Shown here in pieces: positions 1 to 8,976 of a DNA stretch of 51,837 nt. Source of the stretch: an uncultured Arcobacteraceae bacterium (GTDB lineage Bacteria; Campylobacterota; Campylobacteria; Campylobacterales; Arcobacteraceae); assembly GCA_964022095.1 (NCBI GenBank), contig CAXHZO010000017.1, positions 1 through 51,837 on the forward strand, in the 5' to 3' direction. The notes under the pieces are model-generated. The model was not told the DNA's origin. It searched no databases and saw nothing but the letters and a program-made list of their open reading frames with translations. Numbering within the stretch: the first letter of the stretch is position 1; each line of letters starts with the position of its first letter. Both the position numbers and the translations under genes were made by a program.

Positions 1-68
1 TTTTCATATTTAAGCCTCACTTGGGTAAAATTCCTACCCAACAAATAATTTTACCTAAAGGACTTAAA

Positions 69-626
69 ATGCAGTTTAAAAGTATAGCATTTTTATCAAT
101 TTTACCATTATTATTTATTACAGGTTGTGGTTCTAAAGATAATAAAGAAGACACAAACGAATCAAAAGTTGAAGTAGTAAAGAAAAGAACTGACTTTGCT
201 TTAACAACAATTGATAATAAGACTATTAATGTTAAACTTGATGATAATAAAATAATTCTAAAAGACAATCAAAACAAAATTGTACTTTTAAATTTCTTTG
301 CAACTTGGTGTCCACCTTGTAAAGCTGAAATACCAAACTTAATAAAACTACAAAATGATTTTAAAAACGATTTCACAGTAATCTCTATCTTATTAGAAGA
401 TGATGAAACAAATGAAGCGATTCAAAGCTTTATAACTGAATATAACATCAACTATACAGTAACTAATTCAAAAGAGAACTTTGAGTTAGCAAAAGGTTTA
501 GGTGGAGTTAAATCTATTCCAACAATGTTTTTAATTGACAAAGAATCAAACTTATTCCAAAAATATGTTGGAATGGTACCATCAGAAATGATGGAAATAG
601 ATATCAAAAAATTATTAGAAAAATAA
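69..626 (+). CDS. TlpA-family thiol:disulfide oxidoreductase, lipoprotein
   Basis: FATWCPPC thioredoxin motif, lipobox LFITGC, IPT cis-Pro. Start moved from 21 to ATG 69, which follows an AAAGGA RBS. Confidence 0.88.
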   Translation: MQFKSIAFLSILPLLFITGCGSKDNKEDTNESKVEVVKKRTDFALTTIDNKTINVKLDDNKIILKDNQNKIVLLNFFATWCPPCKAEIPNLIKLQNDFKNDFTVISILLEDDETNEAIQSFITEYNINYTVTNSKENFELAKGLGGVKSIPTMFLIDKESNLFQKYVGMVPSEMMEIDIKKLLEK

Positions 627-635
627 AGGTCTATA

Positions 636-1718
636 ATGTTTAGTTTCTTTAAAAAGAAGAAAGAAGAAGAAAAAGAAGAAGTTGAAGTACTAAAAGAAGA
701 AGTTTCACTTGAAAAAACAGATGAAATAGAAGATATCAAAGAAGAACCAAACTTAGAGACTCAATCTATAAGTAGTGACAATTATGCTAATCCAGTAGAA
801 ATTGAAGAAAAAGTTATAGAAGAAAAGAAAGAAGAGAAAAAAGGTTTTTTTTCTAAAGCTTTAGAAAAGACTTTTGGAAATATAAAAGCAGTAATACCTC
901 AAAAGAAAGAAAAAATTGCCTTTGATGATATTGAAGAGATGTTAATTGAAGCAGATATGGAATATGAAATTATTGAAAAAGCAATGGATGGACTTCCAGA
1001 AGAGATTACAAGAAAACAGCTAAGACACAGACTTGTTATGCTTTTTGAGCATGCTCCTGATGTTGATTTATCAAACTTACCAAAACCATTTGTAAGACTT
1101 ATTATCGGTGTTAACGGTGCTGGAAAAACTACTACTATTGCAAAACTTGCAACTAAGTCTAAAAAAGATGGAAAGTCAGTTATTTTAGGTGCAGGAGATA
1201 CGTTTAGAGCTGCTGCAATTGAGCAACTATCAACTTGGGCAGAAAAAATTGATGTACCAATTATCAAAACAAAACAAGGTCACGATGCAAGTGCAGTAGC
1301 ATATGATACTATCTCTTCAGCAGTTGCTAGAAATATTGATAATGTAATTATTGATACAGCAGGAAGATTACAAACTCAACAAAACTTAAATAATGAGTTA
1401 AAAAAGATAGTAAAAGTTTGTGGAAAAGCTTACGAAGGTGCTCCTCATCAAAAACTAATGATTTTAGATGGAACACAAGGAAACTCAGCAATTGCACAAG
1501 CAAAAGCATTTAATGAAATTGTTGGAGTAGATGGAATAATAGTTACAAAACTTGATGGTACTGCTAAAGGTGGTGCTTTATTTTCTATTTCAAATCAACT
1601 TGAATTACCAATTTTCTTTGTAGGTGTTGGTGAGAAACAAGATGACTTAATCGAATTTAGTCCAGATGACTTTGTAGATTCATTACTTGATGAAATTTAT
1701 ACACCTCAAGAGCAGTAA
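636..1718 (+). CDS. ftsY: SRP receptor FtsY
   Basis: GVNGAGKTTT, DTFRAAA, DTAGR and TKLDGTAKGG motifs; acidic N-terminus. Confidence 0.97.
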   Translation: MFSFFKKKKEEEKEEVEVLKEEVSLEKTDEIEDIKEEPNLETQSISSDNYANPVEIEEKVIEEKKEEKKGFFSKALEKTFGNIKAVIPQKKEKIAFDDIEEMLIEADMEYEIIEKAMDGLPEEITRKQLRHRLVMLFEHAPDVDLSNLPKPFVRLIIGVNGAGKTTTIAKLATKSKKDGKSVILGAGDTFRAAAIEQLSTWAEKIDVPIIKTKQGHDASAVAYDTISSAVARNIDNVIIDTAGRLQTQQNLNNELKKIVKVCGKAYEGAPHQKLMILDGTQGNSAIAQAKAFNEIVGVDGIIVTKLDGTAKGGALFSISNQLELPIFFVGVGEKQDDLIEFSPDDFVDSLLDEIYTPQEQ

Positions 1719-1730
1719 ACTGCTTTTGAG
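1705..1730 (+). terminator. Putative intrinsic terminator at the end of ftsY
   Basis: CTCAAGAGCAG-TAAA-CTGCTTTTGAG hairpin overlapping the stop codon. Confidence 0.55.
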
Positions 1731-1758
1731 TTAACACTTAACTTTATCAAGGTAAATT

Positions 1759-2343
1759 TTGGAAACTAAAGAAAAAGGTATAAATCTTCTTTCAAATACA
1801 AAAAAAGTATTACTTACTATATTTATATTTTCTTTAGTTTTATTTTTAGTAATTAGCTATGTTGTTTACAATATTTTAGATGATGATTATAATTACACTG
1901 AATTTAATGCAAAAACAATTGATGAAAAAATCAAATTCCCATGGGTAGTAATAAAAAATATAGACTCTTTTGAGATTGATAAATCAAAAGTTATCATCTA
2001 CTTTCATAATAAAAAAGACATGGAAGCTAGTTGCCAAGGTGAAAATGAAAAGATAGAAAATACATTTAAAATAAAACAATCAGAATGTTTTTTTAAACTA
2101 CCAAAACAAAAGTTTTCAATAACTTCAAACAAAGCAAAAATAGTAATTGTAGAGGCAAAAGAAGAACTTGTATTTAGTTCTAATCAAACTTGGCTAGAAA
2201 TAGCTTCTAATAACAGTGATTATAAGTTTGAAATAAATGGAACTCAAAACTACATATGTGAATTAAACTCAAAAGAAAATGGTACTTTAATAAAAGGCAC
2301 ATTCAATCAAAGTTTAATAAATCTATATTCAAAAGAAGACTAA
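1759..2343 (+). CDS. Hypothetical membrane-anchored protein
   Basis: 194-aa ORF, AAGG RBS, TTG start, single N-terminal TM helix. Confidence 0.6.
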   Translation: METKEKGINLLSNTKKVLLTIFIFSLVLFLVISYVVYNILDDDYNYTEFNAKTIDEKIKFPWVVIKNIDSFEIDKSKVIIYFHNKKDMEASCQGENEKIENTFKIKQSECFFKLPKQKFSITSNKAKIVIVEAKEELVFSSNQTWLEIASNNSDYKFEINGTQNYICELNSKENGTLIKGTFNQSLINLYSKED

Positions 2344-2894
2344 AGGTTTAAAAAGTTTCCTATTTTTCTAAAATAGCTCTCTATATTTTCAAAAGAATGG
2401 TTACCACCCTCTTCTACAATTAGTTCACTGTCACATAATTTTTCTTCAGCTTCACTATAATCTAAAACTTCATCATCTGTCTGTAATAGCGTCAAAAAGT
2501 TTCCTTGATTTACTATATTTTGTACTTCAAAACCTTTTAAAGCTTCAATATGATTTCTTGTAATTTCAAAAGAGGTACCATCATAATAGTTTGTAGCCAT
2601 CCCTACTTTATCTAAAGTGTTATATGGATAAACAGCAGGGTTAATTAAAACTGCTTTTAAATTGTATTTATTGGCTAAATAAATACTATAATATCCACCA
2701 AGAGAAGAACCTACTAATCCAACTTTTTCATCTTTTTGTAAAAGCATTTCAATCATTTGCTCTAAAGTATCTATTGCTAAACTTGGAACATAAGACAAAG
2801 AAGGTGCGATTACCTCTTCTTCAAAATACTCTCTAAATAGTGTAGCTTTGCCACCATGTCCACTACTTCCAAATCCATGTATATATATAATCAT
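2340..2894 (-). CDS. YqiA/YcfP (UPF0227) alpha/beta esterase
   Basis: YIHGFGSS, GSSLGG nucleophile elbow, INPAV, GGNHSF. Confidence 0.9.
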   Translation of the reverse strand: MIIYIHGFGSSGHGGKATLFREYFEEEVIAPSLSYVPSLAIDTLEQMIEMLLQKDEKVGLVGSSLGGYYSIYLANKYNLKAVLINPAVYPYNTLDKVGMATNYYDGTSFEITRNHIEALKGFEVQNIVNQGNFLTLLQTDDEVLDYSEAEEKLCDSELIVEEGGNHSFENIESYFRKIGNFLNL

Positions 2895-2995
2895 TGTATC
2901 TCTTTTTAATTTTTTGTTTATTCTAAACTATTTTAGCTTTTAATTAGTCTGTTTTTTATAGAATAAGCAATCTTTGATAAAATAAAGGAATAAAG

Positions 2996-3565
2996 TTGAG
3001 CCCGAAAACAAGATCTGTATTAGAAGACGCATTTATTGTATTAATTGTAATTGGTATTATATATGCTGCTTATCACTTTCTTTTCAACACAAAAAGTGAG
3101 ACAATTAAAGCACCAATACAAGAAGTTAAAACTGAACAAACAATTAAAAAAGAAACATCAAAGATTATTGAAAAAGAAAATATTATTGAAGCTCAAAAGA
3201 TAATTTTAAAAGACAATAAAAAAGAAGAGATCAAAACTGAAGAAGTACCTAAAAAAGAAGAACCAGTTAAAGAACAAGTACAAAAAAAGATAACATTGGA
3301 GTCTTTTTATGCCCAAATTGAAAAACAAATTTACTCTAAAATCCAAAAAAATGTTGAACAAAAAGATTTAGAAAACAGAAAATCAACAAAGATAAGAATT
3401 ACAATATTAAAAAATGGAATGTATGAGCAACTAAGATTTATGAATGGAGATAAAAAGTATTATGAACTAATTAGAAGTTCGGTTGTTGAAGTTTTCCCTT
3501 TAAACATAGATGATTCATTAAAGAAAAACTTTCCAAGATATTTTAGAATGGAAGTAAAAAACTAA
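2996..3565 (+). CDS. Membrane-anchored protein with TonB/TolA-like C-terminal domain
   Basis: N-terminal TM, charged E/K linker, C-terminal beta-alpha domain resembling TonB_C. Confidence 0.55.
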   Translation: MSPKTRSVLEDAFIVLIVIGIIYAAYHFLFNTKSETIKAPIQEVKTEQTIKKETSKIIEKENIIEAQKIILKDNKKEEIKTEEVPKKEEPVKEQVQKKITLESFYAQIEKQIYSKIQKNVEQKDLENRKSTKIRITILKNGMYEQLRFMNGDKKYYELIRSSVVEVFPLNIDDSLKKNFPRYFRMEVKN

Positions 3566-4044
3566 TCTTTTACTTCACTTCTTAAAATATTTCTAGCAGC
3601 TTTATCAACAATATTAAAAATAGTATCAATTTCATCTTTTAAACTATTTTTTTTATGACCTTTTACTTTTACAAATTCGCAAGTATACTTATCTAATAAA
3701 TCGAAAAACTCTTTATATAATTCACTATTATTTAAAAGCTTTCCACTACTTGAGTGATAGTTCAAAGATTGAAGTTTTTCTTTTCTATTTGGTAGATTTA
3801 TGATATTTTGACAATCAGTATAAACTTTAATAGAAGTATCTTTTGTATCAATATTTTTTATTGCCCAAATAAATGTCTCAATCTCTAATTTAGTTGAAGA
3901 AGTATTTTCAAACTTTTGTAAAACAACTTTTTGTTTTAAATCTTCTATATTGATATTCTCATCATCTAGTAATATATAAGCACCATAACCAATCTTTTTT
4001 TGAGGATTACAACTTCCATCAATAAATAGTTTTATTTCATTCAA
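3562..4044 (-). CDS. Ribonuclease HI-family protein
   Basis: FIDGS, KLE, YTDCQ, VKGH and VDKAA give the D-E-D-D catalytic residues. Confidence 0.85.
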   Translation of the reverse strand: MNEIKLFIDGSCNPQKKIGYGAYILLDDENINIEDLKQKVVLQKFENTSSTKLEIETFIWAIKNIDTKDTSIKVYTDCQNIINLPNRKEKLQSLNYHSSSGKLLNNSELYKEFFDLLDKYTCEFVKVKGHKKNSLKDEIDTIFNIVDKAARNILRSEVKD

Positions 4045-4125
4045 TATTTGCCTTAATTGTTTGGTTTTTAATTATTTTCAATCAAATATATAGTAATATC
4101 ACATTAAAATATTTTAGGAAAAAAA

Positions 4126-4965
4126 TTGACAAAAAACATTATATCGACTCTTATATTATTAGCGGTTTTTATCTCACTTACTTTTTTTGCAATAACTTCA
4201 TATACAAGTGCAAAAGACTATGAAACAAGTTATAAACAATATGCCCAAGAACAAACTATCACAAGCAGTGTAGAAGAAAATACAAAAGAGATGTTAAATG
4301 GTTTTATTGGAGCAATTCTAGGACAAAAACCAAATACAAACAAAGATGAAGTATCATCAAAAAAACAAGAACTAGAGAATCTAAAAGAAAAACCAATAGA
4401 ATATCTAATCATCTTTGCAAGTATAATTGCCCTATCCCTTCTTAGCTTTTTTATAGTTTCTAAAAAAGTCTTTCTTACATACTTACATAGTGTGACATTA
4501 CTTAGTTTGGTATTTGGTCTTATTAGTCCTGTATTTATGATGTATATTTTACTTGACTATAATTTTCAAAATATAGTAACTATAAAAGATGCAATATTAC
4601 AATTTGAATCTCTTAGTATATTAGAGTCTATAAACAAACTTATAAATATCCAAGAAAAATACTTCGTAGGAGTAGTTATCTTGCTTTTTTCAGTAATTTT
4701 TCCTCTTATTAAAACCCTACTTTCGTTTGCAAATGTTTTTATAAATCATTTACCACTTCTAAATAAAAGTACAAAACTACTTTCAGCTTTTAGCAAATGG
4801 TCTATGACAGATGTATTTGTATTATCAATATTTTTAGTATATCTTTCATCAGTAAATAGTGGAATATCAAAAATAGTGACAGAGATTGAAGTTGGGTTTT
4901 ATTTCTTTTTTATATATGTGATTTTATCTATCATTCTTAGTTTTTTTAATAAGATTAAAGTTTGA
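4126..4965 (+). CDS. Paraquat-inducible protein A (PqiA)-family membrane protein
   Basis: Multiple TMs, FSVIFPLIK and KWSMTDVF motifs. Confidence 0.8.
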   Translation: MTKNIISTLILLAVFISLTFFAITSYTSAKDYETSYKQYAQEQTITSSVEENTKEMLNGFIGAILGQKPNTNKDEVSSKKQELENLKEKPIEYLIIFASIIALSLLSFFIVSKKVFLTYLHSVTLLSLVFGLISPVFMMYILLDYNFQNIVTIKDAILQFESLSILESINKLINIQEKYFVGVVILLFSVIFPLIKTLLSFANVFINHLPLLNKSTKLLSAFSKWSMTDVFVLSIFLVYLSSVNSGISKIVTEIEVGFYFFFIYVILSIILSFFNKIKV

Positions 4966-5548
4966 ATATCATTGTTGATGAACCACTAAAACCAAGGAAA
5001 TCTTTTAAAAAAGAATAGCTTTCAGTTTTTACAGTTTCAAAACCCACACGCTCATAGAGTTTTTTAGCTTTAGGGTTTATATCAATAACATCTAGTCGAA
5101 TTTGACTAAACCCTTGAGTTTTAGCTAGCTTTTTTATTTCACTAAGAAGTTTACTGCCTATGCCTTTACCTCGTCCCCAAGAACAAACAGAGATACCATC
5201 CATAACAAGCTCTCTTGGTTTTGGTTTTCTTTCATACAAACTAAATATTATGGCTGCCCAATTCCCCTTAATAATCCCTAATTGTGATAATAAATCACTA
5301 TATCCAATACCACTAGTTAAAGATCCCTCAGGTGTTTGGTAACCAGCAATACCTATTAGTTTTTCATCATAAAAAGCACCAATCGCATACTTTAGGATTA
5401 GTGAACTATTTAAAATATTCAGTCTCTTTTTTTTATCTTTAATTGCAATGCCTAATTTTTTACCAAAAGCTTCTTCATATAACTCTACTGCTGATTCTCT
5501 AAACTGTTCTGGTATTCCAATTTGGTATGAAACTTCGTTATCTTTCAT
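4955..5548 (-). CDS. GNAT-family N-acetyltransferase (distal end of the cassette array)
   Basis: GRGKGIG acetyl-CoA motif, NPKAKKLYERVGF. Confidence 0.88.
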   Translation of the reverse strand: MKDNEVSYQIGIPEQFRESAVELYEEAFGKKLGIAIKDKKKRLNILNSSLILKYAIGAFYDEKLIGIAGYQTPEGSLTSGIGYSDLLSQLGIIKGNWAAIIFSLYERKPKPRELVMDGISVCSWGRGKGIGSKLLSEIKKLAKTQGFSQIRLDVIDINPKAKKLYERVGFETVKTESYSFLKDFLGFSGSSTMIFKL

Positions 5549-5960
5549 TTTGATCCAGTTTTGTTATGATGTCTTGTGTTTTGGTATTTAGTACTTCAAT
5601 ATTTATATCATATGCTTTCTTAACTTGAGTTATGATTTTGCTGTTTTCACAAATCACTTGAATACTACTGTTTGTTTTCCACGAATATTCTAGTGACTTA
5701 CAGTAACCTGCAAATATTAGATAACCTTCTTTTGGAAAATTGATGGTATTTTTCTTTGTAAGAATTAATTCACTACCATATGGAGCATGACCAGTTTCTG
5801 ATCTGGATTCAAATTCAAAAATCGTATATTGTTTACTTGGTGATTGTTTACTCGTTTTAAACTTGTAATCAACTCCAAGAAAAGAGTTGCTTGCAATTTT
5901 TATTACTATACACCCTCCAATAACAAGTAGTAAAATTACAATTATTAAATTTTTGTTCAA
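5538..5960 (-). CDS. Hypothetical exported/membrane-anchored protein, probable former cassette
   Basis: 140-aa ORF with N-terminal hydrophobic segment; AAGGA RBS directly after a GTTAAGA core-like site. Confidence 0.65.
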   Translation of the reverse strand: MNKNLIIVILLLVIGGCIVIKIASNSFLGVDYKFKTSKQSPSKQYTIFEFESRSETGHAPYGSELILTKKNTINFPKEGYLIFAGYCKSLEYSWKTNSSIQVICENSKIITQVKKAYDINIEVLNTKTQDIITKLDQNER

Positions 5961-5971
5961 ATTAAAATCCT

Positions 5972-5996
5972 TCTTAACTCAAATGTTATGTTATAC
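5972..5996 (-). repeat. Collapsed (internally deleted) attC remnant
   Basis: Minus strand GTATAAC-ATAACATTTGA-GTTAAGA. The R'' matches the cassette's own entry core GTTATAC (6400-6406), but there are no L boxes and no stem. Confidence 0.6.
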
Positions 5997-6380
5997 ATCT
6001 ACTTTATAATTTAGTTTAATCTCATCGCCTGTCATACCTCTAAAACCCCAATTTGAAGCTGGACTTTCAATAATACAAATTTCTAAATCATTATTTTCTA
6101 TATTAAGCTCTTGTCTAATACTCTTAAACAATGACTTTATTAAATCTTTTTTTGTTTCTGTCTCTCGACCTTCTATCATCATAATCTCAATTATAGTATA
6201 TTGTTTGCTTTTATCAGCAGGAAATATCATCTCATCTTCATTGAGGGATATAAACCTATGATATTTTTTATCTTTAGGAAATGATAATATTTCAACTATT
6301 GCTGAATGTATAGTTTCTGATAATTTTTGTTTAATATTATCAAGATTATCTTTTAATCCATAGACTTTAACTTGTGCCAA
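5991..6380 (-). CDS. Tautomerase-superfamily protein (YrdN-like), cassette 6
   Basis: Beta-alpha-beta pattern, IIEIMMIEGR..ETKK.LI, NWGFRG; stop codon lies within R''. Confidence 0.85.
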   Translation of the reverse strand: MAQVKVYGLKDNLDNIKQKLSETIHSAIVEILSFPKDKKYHRFISLNEDEMIFPADKSKQYTIIEIMMIEGRETETKKDLIKSLFKSIRQELNIENNDLEICIIESPASNWGFRGMTGDEIKLNYKVDV

Positions 6381-6399
6381 GAGTTTGTTCCTTTCTTAA

Positions 6400-6468
6400 G
6401 TATAACGTTTAAAATGAGCCAATAAATTGCCCGCAGGGTAATTTATTGGCTCCACTGGTTTGTTAGGA
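6400..6468 (-). repeat. attC site (69 bp)
   Basis: TCCTAAC-AAACC-AGTGGAGC...GCTCATT-TTAAAC-GTTATAC; 17-bp inner stem with one G.T pair and a 3-nt loop. Confidence 0.92.
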
Positions 6469-6469
6469 T

Positions 6470-7654
6470 TTATAGCCATTCACCATCCATTTTTTTAACT
6501 CTAAATGTTTTCGCAAAGTCCATAATAATCTCATTGTTAGTTAACTGCAACCACTTGTTAAAACTTTTTATAAGTAAACTAATTATACCTGCATATTTAT
6601 CTAGATACTTTTCTTCTAATTTATAAAAATTTGTTAAATTTTCAACGTTACCAGAATAAAAATCACCTAGATTAGCAACTTGTCCATGAGTATCATCTAT
6701 TTTTTTCATTAATAAGTATCTTTTATTAAAATTATTATCCTCTGTGACTTTAGAGCTATGTACTACATAAAAACCTGTTTTCTTTTCATCAAGTTTAACT
6801 AATAGTTTAGAAAAATAGTTTGTTTTAATCTTATCATATTCAGAAAACCATTCATATATATCAATTAATGAATTTAATATTTCACGATTATAGTATTGAG
6901 AACCCATTGCTTGATTTACAAATGAGTAAAACTTTTTTTCATGTTCATGAAAACTTTTTAGAATATCAAAACCTAGAATCTTTTTATCTCTTAAAATTTC
7001 TATTATTCCTGATTTGTCTAAATTAATAAATGCAGTTGTATTGTCAAAAAAGTTATCACTGTTAGGTTTATTTATAAAACGTACTAAATGGGAAATAAGC
7101 ATTAGCATTTCTTGGTCAATTTCTTTTTTTAGAAAATCTAAAATTTTATCTGTTAAAATCCCTTTAGATTGCATTTCTGTAATTGATTTTTTAATTTGAT
7201 GGGATAGACTTCTTTTAATATCACTCTTCACATGATCTTTTAAACTATAGGGCATTATTCTTCTATTTCTTAAATCAAATGGCAAATCATCAAAGCTTCC
7301 AAAGTCAGTATTATATATACAAATAATTTTTTCCCAGCCTAATGTTCTTGCTGCATATCCTAGTTCAATTAATACATTGGGATTTGGAGTTTTTCTAATA
7401 CTTTCATCTGAACTATTAACTATGGATATATCAGCAACAAAAACACTGCTATTACTTATTTTACTAAATATAGACTCTGTAATATCAGGAGAACCTGTAT
7501 CTTCTCTTGTTGCCCTATCAATATTTATATTGATAGGGATAGGTTGAATTTTCTTGAGTTCTTTTGTTGCTAAGATAATGCTGTCCTCAATAAAAGTCCA
7601 ATTAGTTTTATTTGGTAAATCAGATTGCCATGAATAAAATATCGTTCTTTTCAA
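6470..7654 (-). CDS. Protein with N-terminal TIR-like/nucleoside-deoxyribosyltransferase-like domain and helical C-terminus, cassette 5
   Basis: IFYSWQSD, GSPDI..IF.KI, FVADIS, PNPNVLIELGYA, LPFDLR motifs. Confidence 0.7.
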   Translation of the reverse strand: MKRTIFYSWQSDLPNKTNWTFIEDSIILATKELKKIQPIPININIDRATREDTGSPDITESIFSKISNSSVFVADISIVNSSDESIRKTPNPNVLIELGYAARTLGWEKIICIYNTDFGSFDDLPFDLRNRRIMPYSLKDHVKSDIKRSLSHQIKKSITEMQSKGILTDKILDFLKKEIDQEMLMLISHLVRFINKPNSDNFFDNTTAFINLDKSGIIEILRDKKILGFDILKSFHEHEKKFYSFVNQAMGSQYYNREILNSLIDIYEWFSEYDKIKTNYFSKLLVKLDEKKTGFYVVHSSKVTEDNNFNKRYLLMKKIDDTHGQVANLGDFYSGNVENLTNFYKLEEKYLDKYAGIISLLIKSFNKWLQLTNNEIIMDFAKTFRVKKMDGEWL

Positions 7655-7671
7655 TTTATTATTTCCTTATA

Positions 7672-7741
7672 TCCTAACGTTTGTCGTGAGCAATAATTTT
7701 CCCGCTAGGGTAAATTATTGGTCTCCTCGTACTTGTTAGCT
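7672..7741 (-). repeat. attC site (70 bp)
   Basis: AGCTAAC-AAGTA-CGAGGAGA...GCTCACG-ACAAAC-GTTAGGA; imperfect inner stem AATAATTTACCC/GGGAAAATTATT. Confidence 0.88.
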
Positions 7742-7753
7742 TTGTGTGTCAAA

Positions 7754-8401
7754 CTAGTTAATTTTAATAAGTACTTGTTCTTCAATAGATTTTGAAATTA
7801 TAACCATTAAGACAAATGTAAACTTTAGGTACTCTTCACCAACAACTCTTTTATTCCCTATGTTTAGATTACTATCTTCATTTATTTTTAAATATGTTTT
7901 ATTAACTAATCCATTATTATGAAGGATGATATTTCGAGTACTAAATAATTCAATAATATTTACTTTCCACTTTTCAATATCTGGAAAAACTAAATTAAAT
8001 TCTTTTGCAAGGTGTTTTAATTTATCGTTAAACGATGAGTGTGAAAATCTTAAAATAATTTTTTCTCTCTTTTCTTCTTCCAAAGAAGGCTTTTTCCATA
8101 GATAAATTGATTTAACAATATCATTTAAGAAAGCATCTGTTCTAGCAATTAAATTGATAAAGCAGTATTTATATATTTCTAATTCGTAAGTACTTACGGA
8201 CTCTTGTAGGTTTTCAAATATTTTCATCCCTTCAATTTCTTCTGCACTTCTTTCTTTATTGTTAAACTCTTTTAATATCTCAGGGTATTTATCTTTAAAG
8301 AAGCCATATGAAGTACGAGTACCCGTTAGAAACTGGTCTATACTTAGAACATCTTTTTTAAAGTCAGTAATATTTTTTTCTATATATTCTTGTATATTCA
8401 C
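7754..8401 (-). CDS. HEPN-like domain protein, cassette 4
   Basis: All-helical, RNIILH (Rx4H) motif followed by NNG; GTG start with AGGAG RBS. Confidence 0.6.
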   Translation of the reverse strand: MNIQEYIEKNITDFKKDVLSIDQFLTGTRTSYGFFKDKYPEILKEFNNKERSAEEIEGMKIFENLQESVSTYELEIYKYCFINLIARTDAFLNDIVKSIYLWKKPSLEEEKREKIILRFSHSSFNDKLKHLAKEFNLVFPDIEKWKVNIIELFSTRNIILHNNGLVNKTYLKINEDSNLNIGNKRVVGEEYLKFTFVLMVIISKSIEEQVLIKIN

Positions 8402-8417
8402 TATAAGTCTCCTATGA

Positions 8418-8485
8418 AGCTAACGTTTGAATAGAGCGAATAAGTAACCGCTAGGTAACTTATTCGCTCCTATATTTTGTTATGT
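8418..8485 (-). repeat. attC site (68 bp)
   Basis: ACATAAC-AAAAT-ATAGGAGC...GCTCTAT-TCAAAC-GTTAGCT; L''/L' pair perfectly apart from one extra base. Confidence 0.92.
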
Positions 8486-8962
8486 ATTTATTGTAGTCAG
8501 TTTCAACTGTAAAATTTCTTCATCAGTTAATAATCTATCTTGAGTAATTGCAAACTTTATTGCACCAACTTGTTTTGCTAGTTCTTGTAATAAAAAAATC
8601 TCGCTTTGTTTTATTGCTTTTTGAGATTTTTTGTCAATATAAAATATCAGATGAAATCCTAAAAATCCAAATTTTCTATGAGACATTATATTTTGAATTA
8701 AATATAATATCATTGTTCGTGCAAAATCAATATCATCAAAAATAATTTCATTTGTTTTAAATGGATTGAAAATTTCACAATCTTGATGTTGCTGAACATT
8801 TTCTCCAATAGCTATAACAATGTCATTTTTAATTGCTATTTTTGAAGAAATAGAAATTGATGTATTTCTTTCAATATATTTCAAATGAAGCATTTCATTT
8901 TCAATAGCAAGATAAAATGTTTTTTTTAAAAATTTTGATATTAGAAATGTTGTTAAATCCAT
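8480..8962 (-). CDS. Short MreB-related (YjaA-like) protein, cassette 3
   Basis: IAIGE...NPF...IIFDD.DFA..M..Y.I and SE...LQELA.QVGA resemble the N-terminal lobe of MreB. Start moved to ATG 8962 (AGAGGA RBS) because the longer ORF runs into the attC. Confidence 0.6.
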   Translation of the reverse strand: MDLTTFLISKFLKKTFYLAIENEMLHLKYIERNTSISISSKIAIKNDIVIAIGENVQQHQDCEIFNPFKTNEIIFDDIDFARTMILYLIQNIMSHRKFGFLGFHLIFYIDKKSQKAIKQSEIFLLQELAKQVGAIKFAITQDRLLTDEEILQLKLTTINT

Positions 8963-8976
8963 TTTAATCCTCTTTG

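Noticed and set aside
640-860. GAA/AAA-rich repetitive sequence
   Set aside because: Low-complexity acidic N-terminus of FtsY, which is normal for the family.
17-1267. Antisense ORFs 17..268, 452..739 and 899..1267, and similar shadow ORFs across the window (e.g. 11933..12316, 19117..19617, 23087..23404)
   Set aside because: They lie opposite well-supported genes, lack RBS or motifs, and show antisense-typical composition.
5549-5569. Possible second attC remnant (minus strand TCATAACAAAACTGGA)
   Set aside because: Only a 6/7 match to the expected R'', no stem, and it lies inside a coding region; too weak to call.
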